Of a stretch of 64,000 bases of DNA, positions 54,482-64,000 are shown in pieces. Each line of letters opens with the position of its first letter. Position 1 is the first letter of the stretch. The position numbers and the translations under genes were made by a program. Origin of the DNA: Eledone cirrhosa. Taxonomy: Eukaryota. The stretch spans positions 7,378,001 to 7,442,000 of the forward strand of contig OZ024758.1 in assembly GCA_964016885.1 (NCBI GenBank). Reading direction: 5' to 3'. Under the pieces are notes generated by a model. That model did not search any database. It had not been told where the DNA came from and was given only the letters and a program-made list of their open reading frames with translations.

Positions 54482-54974
54482 ATGCGGTTTAGTTTTTGCA
54501 CCAGGGTACTATGTCAGAAGGCGGTGAATTTACAGAGTAATTAGTACGTCAGATAGAATGCTTTGTGGTATTCGTTTCAGCTTTTTGAGTTTAAATCTTG
54601 CCAAGGTTGACTTTGCCTTTAATTAAGGTCGATAAAAAAGTACGTCTACTAATTTTTTCTCTCCCAATCTTTATCCATCTCAGGAAGAAATCGGCTGTAT
54701 TCAGACCTGGAGAGGATTATGAGCTCCGCCAGGTTTACAAAATGTCCCAGGAATTACGAGTTGTTACATATATACTATATCAGTGGTATATTAACCAAGT
54801 ATTTAGAAGCAAGACTGCTACACATATATTAGAGTTTAACCATTTTAAATATATTCCGGAATTATTTTGTTTGAAAATATGAAATTGAATTTAAATAAAG
54901 AACCACATAAATAAGTGAAGCAGGCCTAATAGCATAACATTGAATTACTTTTGAGCTGAAATGGAAACTAAAGG

Positions 54975-55113
54975 ATTTATCATCTTCAAATGATAACTTA
55001 ATAAAGATTATATTGCAGACCTTACAAATGTTCTTTATAGTTCTTTCAGAAATTGGTTCCATTTTATGGCAAACCTGACAATATATACATTGATTTGTGG
55101 AAATAACAGGCAT
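54975..55113 (-). pseudogene. Possible piggyBac transposase C-terminal cysteine-rich remnant
   Basis: YCQVCHK...RTIKNICKVCNIIFIKLSFED: two CxxC pairs with spacing like the piggyBac CRD; later ligands are lost. Confidence 0.4.
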
Positions 55114-55335
55114 AAAATATCCGACCAGTTTCGATAATAAATATCAGCAGTATTGTTAATATATTTGGTAGTGCTTGGCTCACTGTAATATCTGAGAGAA
55201 GACAAACACTAGAATCTTATAGAGAGTTCTAGAATATATCCTTCTGTTTAATGTCAACATCTGGTAAATATTAGTTATTTGACAAGTAATTGTCAAATGT
55301 ATGAACCAGTTGGGTTACATATACATAACTTGTTA

Positions 55336-55439
<104 letters not shown>

Positions 55440-55517
55440 ATATTGTGTGTATATTAATATTGTCTGGGATCCAGAAACCTTTGGTAATAGAGTATATTGT
55501 GTTCACTTTCTAATTAA

Positions 55518-55548
<31 letters not shown>

Positions 55549-55549
55549 C

Positions 55550-55591
<42 letters not shown>

Positions 55592-56144
55592 GCAAAACTA
55601 TTCCATTCATAATACACCTTAACTAACGCAATACAATCTAAACGTTATATTTTGTTGAGCTTCATTTATACAAATTATATTTAGGTGTAATTATGTTATA
55701 AGTATGTTATAAGTAACCATTGCAATCAAAATATTTTAAAAGAAAGATATAATTTTGCCTACAAATATATATGAATCTCTCTCTCTCTCAAATGTAATTT
55801 GCTTTAAGCACTGTATATAATATATCATTTTGAAAGTGATATAAGGCTGAACAATGCAAATTGGACGGTAAAATAAAGGTAATGAAAACGTTAGTTACCT
55901 GTAATTATAGACAGAAGGAGGGGATTTTAAGTCCCGAAATATTACGATGAAAGAAACAGTAACAAAGAAAACAAAACTAAGATTACCAGGTAACTAACTT
56001 TTTCTTTACCTTCACCTTACAGTCCATTATGCATTGCTTAGACTTATATCACTTTCAACATTATATATATATATATATATATATATAGTCAAACCCATAC
56101 TAGCGTGGAAACCCATACTAAACGATGATGATGATATATATTCA

Positions 56145-56262
56145 ATATAGAAATTGCTTCTACGGGACTAAAACCGTTCCATTCGAAGGAAATCATTAGG
56201 AAATTTATACTCTGCTATGTATTGAGTACCTTACTTACTGTGGTTACCCCCCGATTTAACCC
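56145..56262 (-). mobile_element. H1 element with decayed hammerhead and an inverted flanking module
   Basis: Minus CUAAUGA UUUCCUUCGAAU GGA ACGG-UUUUAGUC-CCGU A; adjacent GTATTGAGTACCTTACTTACTGTGGTTACCCCC is inverted relative to the 12821 copy. Confidence 0.7.
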
Positions 56263-56485
56263 CCCCCCACACACACACACACGCACACACACATGCGTGT
56301 GTCTGCGTTAATACGAATCACTTTTCTTTCATCTTTCAAGCATGTTATATTAAAGTTTGATTTTTCATACTTACATATTTATTCTTTATGTTTGGTTTGG
56401 AACAATAACATTCCTAAATCCATGTCTAATATTAAGGTTTTGAGGTCTTCACAAACAGCATATTCAAAATAAGAACGATGTTAAT

Positions 56486-56684
56486 AATTGTTTCTACCTT
56501 TGGCACAAGGCCAACAATTGCTTCCAGTGCATTGCTGGTAGTTTATTTATCGACCCCGTAAAGATGAAGGCGGAATTTGAACTCGGCGGAATTTGAACTC
56601 AGAACGTAAAGGTACATAGCTCTATAACTCTATGCCACAAAGCATAGTGTCCGACCCTCTACTGATACTGTCAAACCACCGCCA
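56486..56684 (-). mobile_element. SINE-A, short variant
   Basis: SINE-A sequence. Confidence 0.85.
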
Positions 56685-56945
56685 TGATGATGTGTTGTTC
56701 ATGCACTTTGCAGTGGTCGCAAAGGATCATGGGAAACCTGGTCAAATATCGTCAAATTAAAAATATATTTGGTGGTAAAATCCAGGTAGTTTTCGGAGTT
56801 AATTTCACCTATGTTAATTTCGTAGTTAATTTCACCTATGTTGTAGGTGAATGTTTGGTTTATGTTTAGTAATTAGTAAAACATTTTAAGTAGAATTTTA
56901 ATATTATAAACCTGAAGACTGTCGTGTGCTGCAGTTATTTCTATA

Positions 56946-57100
56946 ACGCCATGCTTTGAAGCATAGAGTTACGGCCCTTGCCATTCTGAGTTCAAATCCC
57001 GCCGAGGTTAACTTTGCCTTTCATCCTTACGGGGTCGATAAAATAAAGTACCAGTAATGCACTGGAGTAACTGCTGGCCTTGTGCCAAACGTAGACACAA
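56946..57100 (+). mobile_element. SINE-A, short variant, 5'-truncated
   Basis: SINE-A sequence. Confidence 0.9.
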
Positions 57101-57140
57101 TATGTGTTTGTGTAAGTGTATGTGTTTGTGTCTTTATATA

Positions 57141-57182
<42 letters not shown>

Positions 57183-57933
57183 ATGTATCTAATTGTCTAA
57201 TTGTGTGTAGCAAAATAATGATAGAGAGAAGAGAAATACAAACTAGAAGTGAGTGAAGAAACTTTCATTACAGTATTTTTGTTTTTTAAATAGATGTTTC
57301 AATTTACTGTTGAAACTCTGTTGAAAGACACTAGTTGAGAATTTAGTGTTCTAAGAAACTAAACTATGTATGACTAAATGAAAGACGTATGCGTTCTAAT
57401 TTATGATCAACGTTTTGTAAACTACATGCCGGATAGTTAGACAGGAATGTAAATCAGAAAAAAGGAAAACATAGTGAGGATTGAGTGGGGAAGGAAATAT
57501 TTGGGGTCGGACAATTCCTTTGCTAATAGTTATTGGACTGTTTTTTTTTTCTAGGGGAGGTATCTTTTGTTGTTATTTTGTTTCGGTTTGTGGGTTGTTG
57601 TTGTTGTGTTTTTGTTGTTGATTTTTTCGCTTTGGGTTTTTTTGGGGGTTTTTTTTAAACAAAGCAGTTTGCTAATGTCGAGAGCGGTTTTATAGCTGTA
57701 TTTCTTTCTAAACAAGTATAGTCTAAAAATAAGATCTGAATTGGAATGCAACTGAAAGTCATCCATACTTTCTATATACAGTGATGTTTTGTAATATTTG
57801 TAATAGATATATATATACATGCATGAATGGTCGTGTAAGTACATAGTGTATCGGAGGGGGTGTTGCATTGACATACAGCGTTTCTGGAGCATTTTAAAAT
57901 TTGGTGGAGCACATCTCTCCTGGAAGATATATA

Positions 57934-58076
57934 TACAGGGTGAGTCAAAATTATGTTAACACTTTTCTCGATCAAACATTTCCAAATCGTTGGATAGGTC
58001 GCGGTGGACCATTGCCATTGCCTGCACAGTCCCTGATCTGACACCCTGTGACTTCTGGTTAGGGGGCAAGATAAAT
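57934..58076 (+). mobile_element. Internally deleted Tc1/mariner element: TIR fused to a catalytic-domain fragment
   Basis: TA-CAGGGTGAGTCAAAATTATGTTAACAC followed by FLDQTFPNRWIGRGGP and, after a frameshift, SPDLTPCDFWLGGKI. Confidence 0.8.
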
Positions 58077-58188
58077 TAATAAAAACAATGAATAAAAACA
58101 AAGAAACAGTTCCTTATATTTAAAAATTCATCATTTTATGATATATGTGTGTGTTGGTATGTATATCATATAGATCTAAGTACACATT

Positions 58189-58403
58189 TTACAAACTATC
58201 AGAGGGAATATACATACCTACACATATATATGCTGTCTTCAGAAATAATGATATTTGTTTATTGAAAAAAAACAACAAACATTTTATATATATATATATA
58301 TATATAAAATCTTTGTTGTTTTTTTTTCAATAAACAAATATCATTATTTCTGAAGACAGCATATATATGTGTAGATATGTATATTCCCTCTGATAGTTTG
58401 TAA
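58189..58403. repeat. Near-perfect palindrome with ~95-bp arms centred on (TA)n
   Basis: TTACAAACTATCAGAGGG...CCCTCTGATAGTTTGTAA. Confidence 0.95.
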
Positions 58404-58425
58404 TATATATATATATATATATATA

Positions 58426-58483
<58 letters not shown>

Positions 58484-59403
58484 CCTACATATATATACAT
58501 TGTATATATATATATAATACCTACATATATATAATGTGTGTGCATGCATGTATGTGTTATAAATTAAGTGAAAACACCTACAAATTCTACAAGGTAGTGA
58601 TAAAAGTGATAATCAAATTGGAAGAGGTAAAAGAATGCAATTAGGTATGATTTGCTGTCGTCTTAATCAATTCTGTCATTTCTACATATTTGTGAGCAGA
58701 TATGACGAAATACACATTCCAAAATGTCAAAATTTTTAAGAGTATATCCATACTTCTTAATTTATTGGTATTTTTTAGTTTGAAATAAGCTTGTTTCTCG
58801 TCTATTATTGTCTCAAGCTTTGTTAAGTCGATATTGACAAAGACGACATTTTTTATATCATTCAACAGAGAAATTGTCTTGTTTTTTTTTTTTGTTTTTT
58901 TGTTTTGTTTTTAACAACAATGCATGTTATCATATTTTTCAGGTAATTGGAATTTTTGTTTAAAATTAAATCATGAGACTAAAGTAAATCTTCTTACTTA
59001 CCATGACAGATATAGTTGGGGGTGTTAGGCGGGGAATTGGAAGAGACGTTAACCGTCGGCTTGAAGTATTTCGCAGGTTTGTTCCGGTAGTTTTGTCTCT
59101 GAGCTCTGATTCTAAAGCTCACGAAGGGGAATATTATCTTTCGTCATTTCAGTACAACCTGCCTTATGGTCGAGAAGTCGGTGACTAAACCGGCCCCCAC
59201 TCCAGACTCTGGTCTGGTGAGAAGGGTAAGGGCTGACCAAGATACTCTCATGGAATGACCAAATCAGATATATTAACGGGATCTTCTGTAACTCTACGGA
59301 TTTATATACATATATATATAAAATCTGAAGAGGGCTCGATAAGGGTTATATATATATATATATATATATATAACCCTTATCGAGCCCTCTTCAGATTTAC
59401 TAT

Positions 59404-59495
<92 letters not shown>

Positions 59496-60099
59496 GGGAC
59501 GTAACTCTATGCTGCAAAGCATGGCGTCTGACCCTCTACTGATACTGCCAATCCAAAATATAATGGTTTCTTATATAGGCACAAGGTCAGCAACTTTGGG
59601 GAAGGGGGAAGTCGATTAAACGACCTCAGTGCGTGACTGGTACTTTATTTTATCGACCCCGTAAGGATGAAAGGCAAAGTTAACCTCGGCGGGATTTGAA
59701 CTCAGACCATAAAGGGCCGTAACGCTATGCTGCAAAGCATAGCCTCCGACTCTCTACTGACACTGCCAATCCACACTTAAATATAATTGTTTCTACTTTT
59801 GGCACAAGGCCAGCAATTACCCAGTACATTACTGGTTCTTCATTTTATCGACCCCGTAAGGATGAACGGCAAAGTTAACCAAGTGGGATTTGAACATAGA
59901 ACGTAAGGGCTCGTAACTCTATGCCACGAAGCATGTTGTCCGGCGCTCTACCGCTACTGCCAATCTACTGCCCTTAAATAAACAAATAATTATTTCTACT
60001 ATTGGCACAAGGCCAGCAATTATCCAGTGCATTACTGGTACTTTATTTTATCGACCCCGTAAGGATGAAAGGCAAAGTTAACCTCGGCGGGATTTGAAC
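59496..60099 (-). mobile_element. Head-to-tail array of four SINE-A copies
   Basis: Copies at 59986-60099, 59784-59973, 59562-59775 and 59496-59554. Confidence 0.9.
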
Positions 60100-60354
60100 C
60101 GTAACTTAAATATAATGGAAATTGAAGGTAGCTATCTTTAAATAGAGATTAACAGTTAATATACCTGGAAAGGTGGGGGTTGTTGTTGAGATTTAAATAT
60201 AACTTTCCACAGGTGTTCATGTTGGTTGGTACATCAACCCTTAAATAATCCCTCGAGGTTTTATATTTTTTTAAAAGAGAGCAAAAATACATGACAGAAC
60301 TTAAGAATGGCAACTGACTTTACTGGTGTTTTGTATGTTTTTATATGTTTATAT

Positions 60355-60508
60355 CAGAGATAGAGGGGGGGGAGATGGGGAGGGGAGGGGGAAGGGCGAG
60401 AGAGGGGAGAGATAGGTGGGGAGGAGAGGGGATTGAAAGGAAAGGGGAGCGAGAGTGAATGAAGGGGGTTGAGGAGAGAGAGAGGAGGGGGAGATATACA
60501 GAGATAGG

Positions 60509-60548
<40 letters not shown>

Positions 60549-60700
60549 GCGGAGGGGGGAGAGAGAAAGAGGAGAAGGGGGGGAGAGGGGAAGAGGGAGC
60601 GAGGCAGGGGGAGAGAGAGCGGAGAGAGAGAACGGAGAGAGACGGGGGAGAGGCATGGGGAGATATATAGAGAGATAAAGTGAGAAAACCAGAGAGAGAC

Positions 60701-60736
<36 letters not shown>

Positions 60737-60742
60737 AGAGAG

Positions 60743-60780
<38 letters not shown>

Positions 60781-60907
60781 AGGGGCGGGATAGAAAGAGA
60801 GAGAGAGACGGGGCGGAGGGGGGGGGGAAGAGGGAGCGAGAGGGGTGAGGGAGAGAGGCATGGGGAGATATATATAGAGAGCTAAAGTGAGAAAACCAGA
60901 GAGAGAC

Positions 60908-60990
<83 letters not shown>
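60355..60990. repeat. Polypurine GA-rich tract with internal ~200-bp duplication
   Basis: GAGAGGCATGGGGAGATATA...AAAGTGAGAAAACCAGAG at about 60648 and 60853. Confidence 0.85.
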
Positions 60991-60991
<1 letters not shown>

Positions 60992-61163
60992 GTAACATAG
61001 TGTTTGTGTGAGAGGTGTTTCTGTCACCTACTTCGACGTTGTTTTATAGCCCCAGGTAAACCCCCAACACACACCTAGTCAGTCACTAGGTGTAATCCAC
61101 AAACGATGTGAATAGAAACAAGCAGTTTTGTGACATCTTAATGTCGTGTCTATTTGCATGGGA

Positions 61164-61214
<51 letters not shown>

Positions 61215-61464
61215 GGTATATATACTATATATATACATATATATGTATATATGTATATATATATGGCATACGTCAAGACGGGCGGTCTCAAAAGTGAAAC
61301 TAATTTTTTGCAAGTTACGATACACACGCAATTGTATGGATTTCTTAATATATATATATATGTGTGAGTGTGTATATGTGTGTATATATATATATGTGTG
61401 TGTGTATGTATATATATATATATATATATATATAAGATCAAAAGATGGTTAAAGGAGTTCCATG

Positions 61465-61535
61465 TATTTTATTATGCGCATTTCAAAAACAAACATCATC
61501 ATGCAATAATATTTGTGTTTTCATCAGATAAAACA
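61465..61535 (-). ncRNA. Type I hammerhead ribozyme, family H3, with long stem II
   Basis: Minus UGUUUUAU CUGAUGA [16-position stem II, one mismatch, GCAU loop] GAA AUGCGCAU A AUAAAAUA; 8-bp stem I, palindromic stem III. Confidence 0.85.
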
Positions 61536-61607
61536 GGAGAACATGACATGAAGGCCAAACAACACTTGTGGATAGTGCAGTTTTAAATCAACATAAAACT
61601 CACCTCC

Positions 61608-61648
<41 letters not shown>

Positions 61649-61673
61649 CTGTATATATATATATATATATATA

Positions 61674-61810
61674 ACGAAGGAAATGTGGTAAGGAACCAGG
61701 TGGACCATAACGCACCAAAGTACTCAATACTTGAGGTAGTAGAGTGGGTAATAGGAACCAGTAAGACCCCGACAGCTGAGCTCAAGCCGTTTCGACGGTT
61801 AATTCTGGAC
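61674..61810. mobile_element. P2 element, unrearranged, inside (TA)n
   Basis: Matches 14169-14307. Confidence 0.8.
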
Positions 61811-62100
61811 TAATATATATATATATATATGTGTGTGTGTTTGTATATATATATGTGTTTGTGTCATCATCATCGTTTAACGTCTATCTTCCACGCAAGC
61901 ATGGGTTTAGACGTATATATATGTTTGTGTGTATATATGTGTTTGTGTGTGTATATATATATATGTGTGTTTGTGTGTATATATATGTGTCTGTATATAT
62001 ATATATGTGTATATATATATTTATGCACACATACACATTAGTATGAATTGTAAATGTCACAAATTAGTTTCACTTTCGAGACCGCCCGTCTTGACGTATG

Positions 62101-62143
<43 letters not shown>

Positions 62144-62428
62144 GTATATATATATATATAAACGGAAAAAATGAAACGAAATTTCATTTCCCACTCTTAG
62201 TACGGCTGTTACTTAAATATAAGTATGCACACGTACATACATATATGTATACATACGTACAGTAGTATGTATATATATATACATACATGCACACATATAT
62301 ATATATATGTACGTATGGATTCACCGAACATTTATTATAATGCTCGGTGTGTTTGTAAACAAACATCCCGTATTAAGCCGTAGTGTCCAGCAACCATCGT
62401 TGCTCGTTCGTTCAACACTGACAAAGGA

Positions 62429-62471
62429 ACGCTATACTAGTTTCAAGCTTATTAGCTATCGTCAGCAACGT
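62429..62471 (-). ncRNA. Minimal type I hammerhead ribozyme, family H4
   Basis: Minus ACGUUG CUGACGA U-AGCU-AAUA-AGCU-U GAA ACUAGU A UAGCGU; 6-bp stem I with two GU pairs, palindromic ACUAGU stem III, GUA triplet. Confidence 0.8.
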
Positions 62472-62561
62472 ATACCTTCCTGCCAGATTGTTGAACGTAT
62501 ATGTGTACAATATATAGTATATAGTGTAGTAGTAGTGGGAGTAGGAGTAGTAGTAGGAGTA

Positions 62562-62601
<40 letters not shown>

Positions 62602-62734
62602 GAGGAGTAGGAGGAGGAGTAGTAGTAGGAGTAGTAGAATATCGGTGGACGTGGAAAAGGAAAACAGTGCTTAATCAGGTAAGAGAGCTGATATATTATA
62701 TATATTCTGTTCATACATTGGAATAAAGCGTTTT

Positions 62735-62968
62735 CAGGGCATTTTAAGCTTGGCAGAGCCCATCCCTCTCTATGTCTAAATACAGCTGATTTCTTCCAGA
62801 GAAGGATAGAAAGTGCGAGTGAGAAAGTGAGAATGGGGTAGAATCGACCACAGTATTAGACTGGTACTTTTTTATTAACTTTAAAAGGATTTGAACTCAG
62901 AAAACAGAGAGCTGAAACTAATACGGCAATGCTTTCCATCCGACGTTCTAATGACTTTGCTAATTCAA
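62735..62968 (-). mobile_element. SINE-B, internally deleted
   Basis: Similar to 47572-47880. Confidence 0.7.
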
Positions 62969-64000
62969 TGTCTACATTGTAAATGCCTTTTGTTATTTAA
63001 ATGCTAGATAAATTATACCGATCCTACATGTTATCTACGAGTAACCCTATAGAATTAATTATTAAAGTATTCCACATACAATTGCGAAATACTCTTCAAC
63101 GTTTCTAACGAAAGCAACAAACCTATTTTAGAATTATTTCGTTGGCTTTCTTTTTTACTATATTTTATTTCCTTAATATCTATTCCAAGATTTAATACTG
63201 AAGATTTAATGTTTTCGACCCACAGTGTAAAATATTCATTACAAAATCTCGAGTAGAATTTATTTGTATTTTCATTTTCATGTTTACACATAAAGAGCTG
63301 TTATAGCAAAAGTTTTACGAATGAAAACTTGACCAGAAGTCTTTGAAAACATTGCTAGATCAAGTATGCAACTTCCGACTATATAAAGTGAAGTACTTCT
63401 AAAACCCTTTTCTACTCAATTGCTTCTACTTAACTTGTAATTATCTCTCTTGTTTCCTTCAGAATTCCTCCTGTAAGTTTACAGTTTGACTTGAAGGGGA
63501 AGTGGTTGACTAACAATACATTTAATATGCACACGTAGTTCCTACCTACCAGTATTTAGTCTTGCTGTAGCTCGTTAAATTGATAGACTTAGTAAAGTAT
63601 GTCTGGGTTCAAATCACGCTGAAACCAGCTTTGTCTTCCCTCTTATTGGGGGTAAATAAATAAATAACCATTCCAGTACTGGTGGTGGTGTGGGGAGGGT
63701 CGATTATCTTTTTACTCTGTTACTCTGTTACTCTGTTACTTGTTCCAGCCGACAGGCTGAGACCATGCTGGGGCAAAACTATTCTCTTTTTTTTTCTTTC
63801 TGGATTATACCTAAATACAAGGGATTAGCTTGTCGCACAGTGTTGCTGTGTCGCGTTGATTCGACTTACGAATTACATTAAGAATACACGTGTCTATGAA
63901 ATAGCTAGTCGTTTACAGGTTAACTTTACGAGTAAGAAATCTTTTGTTTGAGAAACTGAATGCTCATGGCCGTGAATTTATTGTTTGTTTACATTTAAAT

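Larger units (their letters stand above)
61265..62102. mobile_element. Segment bounded by ~55-bp inverted repeats and flanked by (TA)n
   Basis: GGCATACGTCAAGACGGGCGGTCTCAAAAGTGAAACTAATTT ... AAATTAGTTTCACTTTCGAGACCGCCCGTCTTGACGTATGCC. Confidence 0.8.

Overview
Repeat-dominated, AT-rich eukaryotic DNA; the SINE and microsatellite content suggests an octopod cephalopod. I found no convincing host protein-coding gene, and nearly all listed ORFs are translations of simple repeats. Positions 1-8052 are a 21-bp minisatellite with three monomer types and a 2016-bp (96-monomer) higher-order repeat. The rest is microsatellites, about 25 tRNA-derived SINE copies, mariner-type MITEs, decayed RTE/CRE LINE and transposase fragments, and (TA)n-associated palindromes. 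The most notable signal is four sequence-distinct type I hammerhead ribozyme folds with intact catalytic cores (12894-12950, 19619-19668, 61465-61535, 62429-62471). All four are on the minus strand and have palindromic stem III or loop III sequence. Several decayed or half copies also occur, mostly in short elements beside TA/CA microsatellites. This fits Penelope-like or retrozyme-type non-autonomous elements. Structures were paired by eye, cleavage activity is untested, and TE boundaries are approximate.
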